Positions 55,456-64,000 of a stretch of 64,000 nt of DNA are shown piece after piece. The notes below the pieces were generated by a model, which was not told where the DNA came from, did no database searches, and was given only the letters and a program-made list of their open reading frames with translations. How positions within the stretch are numbered: the stretch's first letter is position 1; every line of letters starts with the position of its first letter. Where the stretch lies: the IMG/VR virus record IMGVR_UViG_3300009147_000001, positions 1 through 64,000 of that record, one strand, 5' to 3'. This DNA comes from a virus. A program made the position numbers and the translations under genes.

Positions 55456-56568
55456 TTATCTCCCAATCCATGTCAACATCAATTTTGGATTCTGCGCATC
55501 GCTACCCGCATCAATATTCAAGTTACCCCCAGATCCCTGGAAGACCGTAATCTGGACGGTATCAGTGGCAGCCAACAATACCATTGCCGTAGCATGCAAG
55601 TCAGTGGGCTGGGTACCGGCTGCGGTGGTGGGATCACGTCGATCTTCTGTTACCACGGCACCGTTGACCAAAATTGACATTACTCGAACACCAGTGGTGT
55701 TATTGGCAAATTTAACAAATGAATCGATGTGCCATACACCATCATAATTAGTGGGACAGGTAAAGGTATCAGATGTAGCGGAGAACAAACCAGAACGGTC
55801 AGAGACTTCCGATGTCCAACTGACGGCTGTTGTAGTACCTGTGGTAATACTTTGGGTTGTCGTACGACGAACATAGACATATGGCTGAGTACCCCAAGCC
55901 AAAGCACGCCAGTTAGTACCGTCATAGCCGACTAGTCGGCCACCACCGACATCCGTTTCCCAAATCGCTGTCCCACTCAATACAATGGACGGTCTGGTAG
56001 TGGAGGTACAAATCTCTACCCCACCTAATGCTGTTAACCACACCCGCTTGTCGGTAATATTAGCATTGACAATAGACGTAACTGCCGCTGCTACGGCAAT
56101 GTGCGCCAACGTAATAGAGTTAGCCGGTGCGGTCGGTGGAGAAGGCGAACCTGCTGGCGTCCCGGCAACTACCTCAAGCAGACTATCATTATTAGCCCCA
56201 GAATAGGCAGTGTCACGAACTCGAAAAACGACAATATCAATTCTGGCTAATGTCGCATGAGCCGCAGTAACGGTCAGCGTGACATCCGCATCGTTGCCGA
56301 CGAAGTACGTACCCTGCTTGGTACCCTCTGTTCCTGGTATGGCAGCATAGCCAGCTCGAACAATAACCGCCATTGATGGTGAGCCAGTTTGGGTAACCTG
56401 AAGTTTATTACTAAGATAGGGATTTACTCCACCACGAGCAATATGAGCACTCGCCGACTGACCATTGAGCATAAGGTTCAACCAGTCACGCGTCTGCTCG
56501 GCTGTATGGGTAGCCCCCGCATTCTGAAGGAATCCCGGAGGATTGAGAACGGTCACTACTACCTCCAC
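55456..56568 (-). CDS. Minor tail protein
   Basis: SPSMAV.V, RIDIVV.RV.D, ITDKR; follows Dit. Confidence 0.75.
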   Translation of the reverse strand: MEVVVTVLNPPGFLQNAGATHTAEQTRDWLNLMLNGQSASAHIARGGVNPYLSNKLQVTQTGSPSMAVIVRAGYAAIPGTEGTKQGTYFVGNDADVTLTVTAAHATLARIDIVVFRVRDTAYSGANNDSLLEVVAGTPAGSPSPPTAPANSITLAHIAVAAAVTSIVNANITDKRVWLTALGGVEICTSTTRPSIVLSGTAIWETDVGGGRLVGYDGTNWRALAWGTQPYVYVRRTTTQSITTGTTTAVSWTSEVSDRSGLFSATSDTFTCPTNYDGVWHIDSFVKFANNTTGVRVMSILVNGAVVTEDRRDPTTAAGTQPTDLHATAMVLLAATDTVQITVFQGSGGNLNIDAGSDAQNPKLMLTWIGR

Positions 56569-57419
56569 GCATCCCGGAATGCATAGTCCAAGGTACTACT
56601 AGTTCCAGTAGCTGCACCGAAACCAATAAAATTATTCCCAGGTACTAAAAAGAACCAATCTGGATCGATTAAACTAGAGCGAACGTTACTAACACCATCA
56701 AGAAGTACCGTACGATTCCCCGTGTCCACCACCAACTCTTGACCAGTAGTCAGAGTAATATTCTTAAATGACAAGATGGAATCAGTAGTTTCGTTGGTAA
56801 TAACAGGATCAGTAATTGGGCCATTGATGGTAAATACTACTGGAGTAGGCCGGTTACCCCCCACAGACAGGGTGGCCGAGGCTGGTACCTGGCCACCACC
56901 AAAATCCAAGTTAAATCCTAGATTAAAGCCAATACCATTAATAGTAATACTACCAAATGGGAGCGTACCAGTAACCAAGTCGGAAGAATATATTCGTGGG
57001 TCCTCGGCAAACATTAAGAATTGAATGGCGGTCATCCCCGTGCGACGCAGTCGTTCCCAGTCATACCGAACCCCTCGTGGTTTGACGAACAGAATGCGCT
57101 CCGCTACCCCAGGACCTTTAAAGTAGAAGGCTTGTGCACTAGTAGCCGGAGCAAAGTTATACTTCAGGGTGTCCATAAAACTTTCTACTGTGGTCGTATC
57201 ACAGTAGGCAATACCCTCTAGAATAATCTCACGACCCTTTTCAAACTCTGCATCAAAAAATCCGCCATCGGCACCCTCGTGATCGCGAATAGTTTCCCGA
57301 AACGGCGCAGAGTCGAGCCCAGAGACGCGATCTATATCAATGAACGGGACAGAGATAGTATCGGCATTCAGGACGACCCCGGTACTGGTTAACTGGAAAG
57401 TATAATTCGCTAGTGTCAT
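56559..57419 (-). CDS. Distal tail protein (Dit)
   Basis: Follows tape measure; AEDPRIYS, GPITDP, WFFLVPGNN. Confidence 0.8.
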   Translation of the reverse strand: MTLANYTFQLTSTGVVLNADTISVPFIDIDRVSGLDSAPFRETIRDHEGADGGFFDAEFEKGREIILEGIAYCDTTTVESFMDTLKYNFAPATSAQAFYFKGPGVAERILFVKPRGVRYDWERLRRTGMTAIQFLMFAEDPRIYSSDLVTGTLPFGSITINGIGFNLGFNLDFGGGQVPASATLSVGGNRPTPVVFTINGPITDPVITNETTDSILSFKNITLTTGQELVVDTGNRTVLLDGVSNVRSSLIDPDWFFLVPGNNFIGFGAATGTSSTLDYAFRDAWR

Positions 57420-60400
57420 TATGGCCTCGCTCCTAACAAGAAGCCAAGCTCAGCTGCATGACGCCGTGGATTTATTTCTTGAGTATAAATAGTAAAATTC
57501 TGGTTAGTCCCACCAGCTTGGCTTCCACCCATGAGCCCAGGCAGGGCAGTAGCCGGACCGGTCCCCATCATCGAAGCCACTCGACTGGAAGCCTTAATCA
57601 AAGTACCTAATTGACTCGTCATACCTTGCGCAATCAACTTAACAATTGACTGACCTGAGTAGTACGGATTGCCTCGACCAGACAACGGTCCAGTTTTAGC
57701 TGGTGAGAACGGCAAGTGGTCGCGAATCTTTTTTGTGATACTATCAATTTTGTTAGTAACTTTATCCACCATCGATGTCATACCGTCAATAAGTCCCCTA
57801 ATGATCCGTGCACCGGCATCAAAGAGCCACGTACCTGCATTAGCAAAGAAACCGACAATTTTTTCAAAGATTCCAGCGATTTTATCATAAATTCGTTGTA
57901 TCCAAGTGCTAATAGTGGTATAGACGGTACTCCACACTGAACTGACTGCCGAACTCACAGATCTCCAGATACCAGCAAGAAAGTCTCGAATACCTGAGCT
58001 AGTCCCCTTAACCCGTCCACCAATTTTGCCCCAAATGAAGTCCATAAAGGCCGAGATGCCGGTCCAGATGGCTTTGAATGATCCCGAGATAGCCGACCAG
58101 ATAGTCTTAAAGAAGCTAGCAATGGCAGTCCATACCGCAACAGCGACTAGCTTTACCGCTTGCCACGTTGCACTCCAGGCATCATAGAGAATCTTCAAGC
58201 TAACGAGGACGAGTGCCAAAATGATAGTAAAGGCAAGCCGAATGATGGCTACAATGAGACCCCAAACAGACTTAATCAAACCACCAAAGACACTCCAGAA
58301 CGTCTCCCATATGCCCCGGAGGAAACCTAAAGCACCTAAAATGATACCAGTTATAATAGCCCAAGCCTGACTGAGAAAGTCAATAATATTCTGCCATACC
58401 CCAATAAAGAATTCGGCAACAGAGTTCCAGATACTAACGAAGAAATCAGCCACTGCGTGCAATGCTTTTGGTATTTCCGTCTTAAACCAATTTATTAGCT
58501 TTCGAATCCACCCAATAACGGTATTAATAACTATTATCATTGCGGTAAAGGCTGCACCAACAGCAAGAATGGCTAATACTAGTGGTCCAACCATGACCAC
58601 CACGAGGACACCAGTAATAACCGCCGCAATAATAGCAAACCACTTAGCTAACTGGATAATAATTGGCATAAACGCCCTAATGTTATCCTGATTACTTTTT
58701 ATCCAATTATTGAATAGTCGCCAGGCAGGAATAATAACATTATTCAACACACTACCAATAAGAGCGAATCCCTTGCCGATCAAATCAGCAATAATTCGCG
58801 CAGTTTCCTTTACTTTAGGCAAAACCTGGGTGAACATAAATTTCACCCAATCAGCAAAGGCTGGAATCACTTCATCCTTAATAAGCTTCCATAGCTTACT
58901 GAGGGATGGAACTAAATTCTTCTCAAACTCACTGACTATATCCTGAACGAATGGGACAATAACATCTTTCCATAGCGTAACTATCGCGTCTTTAACTGAA
59001 ATGAGCATGTCACGGAATTTGGCACTGCGTTGCCACGCGATGATTATGCCCGCACCCAGCCCAGCAAAGGCAGCAATAACCCCAGCGAGCACGCCACCAA
59101 CAATGAGTAACGACGTTCCAGCCGTCGCCACCACTGCAATAAATGCCGCTAGTCCACCCACCAGCAGTAGCACCACTCCGAGCAATGCGGTAAAACCGGC
59201 CGCGATCGCTGCCCCCACAGCCAAGAGCTTTTGCTGCTGTGGTGATAGTTTATTGAACCACTCTAGAACCTGGCCGACGGCGTTTACTACCTTTATGAAG
59301 GTTGGAATGAGTGCCTCACCGGCCATTTCCTTAACTGCTTTCCACCGATTGGACAGCAGTTGACTGGAAGATGCAGCGGTATTGGCCATCTTTTTATAAG
59401 CTGCTTCGAACTGACCACTAGCCCCGGCCATGTCGGTAAGGAATCCCTTGAACTCCTCCAACTCACCTGGTTTCAGCAGAACCTGTTCAATGAACCGTCT
59501 AGCTTGAATAGTTCCACCGGCACCCTTTAGTATTTCTACTAATGTCTTAACCCGATCGGCTGGTGGCATCTGGTTGAGCTTAACACGCAACTCACTTAAA
59601 ACATCAACAAGCGGTCGGAAGTTTCCCTTGATATCTCTAACCTGAACACCAAGCTCCCCCAACCGTTCTACAGTCTTGGGATTGGACATCGCATCCAAGG
59701 CCCGCGCCCCTGATGCTGCCGCCATCGCCGCAGTCAAACCATTACGGGTAAGGAAAGCCAACATGCCCGCAACAGTTTCAAAGCTTTGGCCGGCTCGGTT
59801 GGCCGATGGAGTAATTCGACCAAAGACTCGGGCGAACTCCTCATAGGTACCGACACCCTTACGAACCAACTGGAATTGTATATCTAATACTTTATTAACA
59901 TCCTTTAATGGTATATTAAGCGCGTTCATAATGGCAATGGTGCCGCGCCCAGCCGCTTCAATAGTAGTTTGGCCAGCTACCGCAGCCTTGGCAAATCCAA
60001 TAAGAAGTAACTCAGATTCCGCAAGGTTCGCCTTAGTGGACGAAAAAATATCAAATAGCGCTGGTTGAATTTGCTCGAATGGCACGGCGATGTTACGTGC
60101 CACTTTTAGTCCAATTTGACTCAGCTCCTCCAGAGTTGCCTTAAAACCATCCACCTGGGTACTCGTGAGGGCAACTTGACGTTGATATTCTACTGCTGTC
60201 TTCACCATATTATTCATGGCAGCGACAGTAATAACACCAACGCCCGTGAAGACAAAGCCCATAGATGTGGCAACTTGGCTGACCGTAGTCATCGAGTGGG
60301 ATAAATATTGTAATCGTCGAGCGTGCAGATCGGCCGCATTGGCATTGAGTTGCAACTGCTGAGCCGCACGTTCCAGCGCTACCTGTTGACCTCGTAGACT

Positions 60401-60685
60401 ATTAATATGGTCTCGGTTAGCCAGCATTTCTAGCCGCATGGCGCGAATGGAATCTTCCGAGGCGCCGAGCAGTCGGGCGCGCTGAATAGAAGTACCCATC
60501 ATGGACTGATTGAGTCGTGCCTCAGCCAATGCCGAAGCAACGCTTGCCCGCGCCGCCTGATTATGCGCCATCGCCACTGCGTCACCTGCACCCCGAACAT
60601 TGCGTGTGAATGATCGAAGCGCGCGATTAGCTTCATCACGCGCTTTTAAGACCAGCCACATGTCTCGGGTGGCACTGAATGGCAC
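57419..60685 (-). CDS. Tape measure protein
   Basis: 1088 aa, TP901-type core, Trp-periodic amphipathic repeats, LPFSPAKTGPLSG. Confidence 0.95.
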   Translation of the reverse strand: MPFSATRDMWLVLKARDEANRALRSFTRNVRGAGDAVAMAHNQAARASVASALAEARLNQSMMGTSIQRARLLGASEDSIRAMRLEMLANRDHINSLRGQQVALERAAQQLQLNANAADLHARRLQYLSHSMTTVSQVATSMGFVFTGVGVITVAAMNNMVKTAVEYQRQVALTSTQVDGFKATLEELSQIGLKVARNIAVPFEQIQPALFDIFSSTKANLAESELLLIGFAKAAVAGQTTIEAAGRGTIAIMNALNIPLKDVNKVLDIQFQLVRKGVGTYEEFARVFGRITPSANRAGQSFETVAGMLAFLTRNGLTAAMAAASGARALDAMSNPKTVERLGELGVQVRDIKGNFRPLVDVLSELRVKLNQMPPADRVKTLVEILKGAGGTIQARRFIEQVLLKPGELEEFKGFLTDMAGASGQFEAAYKKMANTAASSSQLLSNRWKAVKEMAGEALIPTFIKVVNAVGQVLEWFNKLSPQQQKLLAVGAAIAAGFTALLGVVLLLVGGLAAFIAVVATAGTSLLIVGGVLAGVIAAFAGLGAGIIIAWQRSAKFRDMLISVKDAIVTLWKDVIVPFVQDIVSEFEKNLVPSLSKLWKLIKDEVIPAFADWVKFMFTQVLPKVKETARIIADLIGKGFALIGSVLNNVIIPAWRLFNNWIKSNQDNIRAFMPIIIQLAKWFAIIAAVITGVLVVVMVGPLVLAILAVGAAFTAMIIVINTVIGWIRKLINWFKTEIPKALHAVADFFVSIWNSVAEFFIGVWQNIIDFLSQAWAIITGIILGALGFLRGIWETFWSVFGGLIKSVWGLIVAIIRLAFTIILALVLVSLKILYDAWSATWQAVKLVAVAVWTAIASFFKTIWSAISGSFKAIWTGISAFMDFIWGKIGGRVKGTSSGIRDFLAGIWRSVSSAVSSVWSTVYTTISTWIQRIYDKIAGIFEKIVGFFANAGTWLFDAGARIIRGLIDGMTSMVDKVTNKIDSITKKIRDHLPFSPAKTGPLSGRGNPYYSGQSIVKLIAQGMTSQLGTLIKASSRVASMMGTGPATALPGLMGGSQAGGTNQNFTIYTQEINPRRHAAELGFLLGARP

Positions 60686-60694
60686 AATTGCTCC

Positions 60695-60922
60695 TCAGTG
60701 AGTTTTCTTACTATCCAACTCCGCTCGTTGCGTCCGCCATACCAGAATGTAGTTTAGAAAGTAGACAAATAAAGAATCTTGGTCCAATAATCCGCCAGCA
60801 CGTGGTAAAGTATGCAACTCCAAACATATACCGACGATTTCAAAAATTAACTCAGCTTCTCGGGATACTCTTACTCGATTAGGTACGAATATTGCCTTCC
60901 GTACCTCTTCTAAGAGTTTTTT
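60695..60922 (-). CDS. Tail assembly chaperone -1 frameshift extension (gpGT-like)
   Basis: Slippery A AAA AAC at 60922-60916 just before the TAG; -1 frame open to 60695 with LPRAGGLLDQDS. Confidence 0.85.
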   Translation of the reverse strand, partial: KKLLEEVRKAIFVPNRVRVSREAELIFEIVGICLELHTLPRAGGLLDQDSLFVYFLNYILVWRTQRAELDSKKTH

Positions 60923-61287
60923 ATTTCTGGTTTCTCCTCAAAGTTGTTTACCTCATCGATATAGCGACCAATCTCTTCACCCACTCTGATATCCAGTCGC
61001 CGAACATCAACTTGATTCTTAAAATTGAGTAGTTTACCATTTTCATCAGTCAAATTGTGTTCAACAACACAATTGGCGAAGTCCCAGAGTGTAACCTCTT
61101 CCTGGTTCATTTCTACTTCACCGGAGAAGTCTCGATTGGTAGGATTACCACCAACCAAGAATTTAGTCATCATACCCGTACGCTTTAACGATTCGCCGTA
61201 GGTCATCCGTCGGACCACAACATACGCTTCAGGTAGCGTCTTTAGGTCAAATCGCTCAGTATCACTCGTAATAGTCGCAACAGGCAC
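60910..61287 (-). CDS. Tail assembly chaperone (gpG-like)
   Basis: Between tail tube and tape measure; GGAGG RBS before GTG 61287 (a second RBS precedes in-frame GTG 61380). Confidence 0.8.
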   Translation of the reverse strand: MPVATITSDTERFDLKTLPEAYVVVRRMTYGESLKRTGMMTKFLVGGNPTNRDFSGEVEMNQEEVTLWDFANCVVEHNLTDENGKLLNFKNQVDVRRLDIRVGEEIGRYIDEVNNFEEKPEIKNS

Positions 61288-61403
61288 CAGTGCCCTCCAA
61301 TATATTCTGAAGATAATATAGCCAATAAAACTTTTTAAACTCAGTATTATGGAGTATAGTCCATATACTAGGTAGTTCACATATCATCCTCCAGCGACTA
61401 TTT

Positions 61404-62669
61404 CTATAGTATGTCTTCCTGTGTCTTCAATGTAATTTGCCATGACTTACCAGTGCTGTCAATAACGTTCTGATAGGCAATACTAGCCCGAACAATATCG
61501 CCCTGACCAGACAAACCAACCTCAAAGGTATCTTTGATCGCCACTGGAGCAAGAATAACAATATTATTGTTTACACCCTTAGTAGCCGTCAAAGTAACAC
61601 TCTGCGAGGTAACCGACTTAAACAAATCATAATCAGTCCGAGCCTCGAAATCACGTTCCATATTCATTGTCGAATTACGCTCACCAAACTTCATAAACTG
61701 CGCGCCACGACCAGTATCCTTGAGGCGGAACTGTGCCTCTGCGTTGTCTTCTACGGCAAACTCGAAGGTATCAGTATCAAAAACCTGTGTGCCGGTGGGG
61801 ATTTCAATTTTGAACATGCCAGCGCCGAATGGAGTAGTGGTTGGCCACGTTGGCGTGGGTAGCGACTGCACTGCCTCGTCTCGGCCCATCATACTGGTGT
61901 TAAATGTTAAAATTCCATCCGCGATACCAAAAGTGAAGCTTGACGTCACACAGCCAGTATAGCCAAATACCAAACCGTTACGCACAAAAGTCAACGACAG
62001 GGTTCGTACTGGCACGGCTGCCGAGGTAGGAGTAAACGTGTAGGTAAAGTTTGGTGATGTACCGGTTTTAGCAATAGATGTGCGGGAGGCGTAGAGGAAG
62101 TAGGCAATAACGTCTTCCAGTGACTCCATATCTAAGTCGCCTTCGACATGGTAGTTGCCCGCTACTGCCCCGATAACATCGGCATTCTGTCGAATTGGTC
62201 GACGCCAAATGGTGTCTTGCTGAACCACCAATGACTCAGAGTTAAAGGGAAAGAATTTGGTTGGTGCATAATAGGTACCTGAGTTAGCAGCGGTGTTCTG
62301 CGCAGGAAAAGCGCCTGCCGGTGAGCCAGGTGAGGTATCAATATCAGACGTGACTGCACCCACTGTCTTATACAGTAGTTCGGTGCCAGTTGCGCCACCT
62401 GCGGCAGTCTTATACAGTTTATATCCAGTTGCACCAACAACGGCAGCCCAGGTAACAGTCACCGTAGACGTGGAACCGGTAGTAACAATCGTCTGTTCGT
62501 TGCTCGCGGTGGTTTCACCATTAGTATTAATTGCTGTCACCACATACTTGTAAGTGCCTGCGGTAATGGTGCCACCAGTGGCTGCGGTGGCTAATGCTGA
62601 TTGTACTGGCGGAGATAACTGCTCAAAGGCAAGACCACCTATACCACCCGCGCCAATTCCAATAGCCAT
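61404..62669 (-). CDS. Major tail tube protein with inserted Ig/Fn3-like domain
   Basis: YTFTP, YTGCV tail tube motifs; YKYVVTAIN..GET...VTWAAV.GATGYKLY insert. Confidence 0.85.
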   Translation of the reverse strand: MAIGIGAGGIGGLAFEQLSPPVQSALATAATGGTITAGTYKYVVTAINTNGETTASNEQTIVTTGSTSTVTVTWAAVVGATGYKLYKTAAGGATGTELLYKTVGAVTSDIDTSPGSPAGAFPAQNTAANSGTYYAPTKFFPFNSESLVVQQDTIWRRPIRQNADVIGAVAGNYHVEGDLDMESLEDVIAYFLYASRTSIAKTGTSPNFTYTFTPTSAAVPVRTLSLTFVRNGLVFGYTGCVTSSFTFGIADGILTFNTSMMGRDEAVQSLPTPTWPTTTPFGAGMFKIEIPTGTQVFDTDTFEFAVEDNAEAQFRLKDTGRGAQFMKFGERNSTMNMERDFEARTDYDLFKSVTSQSVTLTATKGVNNNIVILAPVAIKDTFEVGLSGQGDIVRASIAYQNVIDSTGKSWQITLKTQEDIL

Positions 62670-62672
62670 AGT

Positions 62673-62867
62673 TTACTTTTCACCTCCCTCATCCAACACG
62701 GCAACGATACTTACAAAACGTGGGAATTTTGCCTCAGTGATGGAAACATTGTTCATAGCCTGAAACAACTTCAGATCGTCATCGTCCAGTACGACCGGAG
62801 CGTTCACAGGTAGTAGCCCAATCCCATCAATCAGGCATTCACGATCGGAAACTATTTCGAAATGCAT
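62673..62867 (-). CDS. Small hypothetical virion-module protein
   Basis: ORF with AGGAG RBS. Confidence 0.55.
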   Translation of the reverse strand: MHFEIVSDRECLIDGIGLLPVNAPVVLDDDDLKLFQAMNNVSITEAKFPRFVSIVAVLDEGGEK

Positions 62868-62875
62868 GAACGCTC

Positions 62876-63340
62876 CTAAACTGGTGCTGCTGGTGGCGAG
62901 AGATAAGTATGGGTTTTTCCCTCATACGTCATAATAACAGTGCGAAACATACCACCAGTGCTTACCGTTGTTTCCCCTCGCTCTACACTAGAAATAAATC
63001 CATGAATTATTATACCATTCAGCGTTGTATCCTTATGAATCAACTTTTCTAATTCGTAAGCTCGGTCATCCACCCTTTTCCGCTCTGTTGCTTCATCTCC
63101 CACTCTACTCCAGTGTAGTTGAATAGAAACCATGAGCCTATTTTCCGTACGTCCACCCGGTTGAGACACTCCAACAAGTGCCCGAACTTTCCCCTGTGGC
63201 GACACTACTGCCACGGCATTTGCAGGAATTAAGGTATGATTCCCATATAATACCATTTCCAATTCCAGATCGACCAGATTATTACTAATAATATCATAGA
63301 TAGCCTGAGCAATCGCTTCATCACGATCAGTATGAGTCAT
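62876..63340 (-). CDS. Tail terminator/completion protein
   Basis: Size and position upstream of the tail tube gene. Confidence 0.6.
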   Translation of the reverse strand: MTHTDRDEAIAQAIYDIISNNLVDLELEMVLYGNHTLIPANAVAVVSPQGKVRALVGVSQPGGRTENRLMVSIQLHWSRVGDEATERKRVDDRAYELEKLIHKDTTLNGIIIHGFISSVERGETTVSTGGMFRTVIMTYEGKTHTYLSPPAAPV

Positions 63341-63996
63341 ATATTATCACGACCCCAATGTTTATCCACTCGTTCTGACAACCAGGTAAAGAATATACTA
63401 TAGATTTCTACTTCTTCTTCCAATGTTAATTGAATAAATGGTCGAGGAGGAAGCTTACCAAAACCACGACCAGATTGAACACTACTAACATCAATTACCG
63501 GACCAGCGCGAACACCAGGAGGTAATTCACCAATACCAAACGGACCAGGTGTCGGCCTGTCAAATCTTCTAATATGGGTTTCCAGCCGTTGAGCCATACG
63601 AGTACCTGGCTCACGAGCACCAAATTGATGAAATCGTGCATATGGTATCTTTTGCGTGAAATAACTAACACGTAACTTCAACTCGCTGTTGCGGACATCC
63701 CAAATATTTTTTCTCGTAGCACCACGTTTTAATCGACCACTCTTATCCAAAATTGGTCCACGGGGATATCCTTCTATCAACCTATTATAGATAGTTTTCT
63801 TACTGAGCTTTTTCCATGGTGGACGACCTTGTGCGGCAAAATTTTTAATAATCGACGGAACTACAACAAAATTTAATGACCTAACTAATGGTTCCCTGAA
63901 TGTAAGGAACTCCATGCTAAGCTTATCAATCGACCGTGCAGTTACCGCAACTCCATGCTCAAAAGCATAGTTCGGATTTATTTCGATCATTGGCAA
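63337..63996 (-). CDS. Phage virion morphogenesis (neck) protein
   Basis: NFAAQGRPPWKKLS, IL..SGRL, YARFHQFG, LPPRPF. Confidence 0.8.
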   Translation of the reverse strand: MPMIEINPNYAFEHGVAVTARSIDKLSMEFLTFREPLVRSLNFVVVPSIIKNFAAQGRPPWKKLSKKTIYNRLIEGYPRGPILDKSGRLKRGATRKNIWDVRNSELKLRVSYFTQKIPYARFHQFGAREPGTRMAQRLETHIRRFDRPTPGPFGIGELPPGVRAGPVIDVSSVQSGRGFGKLPPRPFIQLTLEEEVEIYSIFFTWLSERVDKHWGRDNI

Positions 63997-64000
63997 CTCT

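Noticed and set aside
60916-60922. Frameshift site as a novelty
   Set aside because: Standard tail assembly chaperone -1 frameshift; listed as a feature only.

Overview
64-kb segment of a large siphovirus of actinomycetes (DUF397/BldB-like genes, ricin lectin, LysM-NlpC/P60, r1t-type holin). The + strand (1-45272) opens with an accessory region (1-28 kb) where 21 tRNA genes alternate with small ORFs and unexplained structured RNAs. That region also holds a Ro60 (TROVE/Rsr) gene and three Y-RNA-like tRNA mimics. Next is a replication module: SNF2 helicase, PD-(D/E)XK nuclease with intein, Sak4-like ATPase with intein, SSB, RepB-type primase, UDG-fused family A polymerase, RuvC-like resolvase and a 3'-5' exoribonuclease. 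The - strand (45253-63996) carries the tail module, an amidase endolysin and a free-standing LAGLIDADG endonuclease. Main discovery candidate: a nuclease-less Nop-domain gene (IS110 C-terminal/TIGR-Tas TasA-like, 15187-16677) whose own coding sequence contains 12 stem-loop units. Eleven have an exact 32-nt core CCA-N9-YG-N4-YCA-N9-YG, i.e. a TIGR-like dual-spacer guide array embedded in frame in the effector ORF. Other strong leads: a permuted Y-RNA Ro60-binding helix against the Ro60 Shine-Dalgarno, a Y RNA permuted at the T arm, and a 6-nt stop-containing insertion in the helicase Walker A motif (candidate ribosomal hop). All calls are by eye from motifs and base pairing; no database search or folding program was run.
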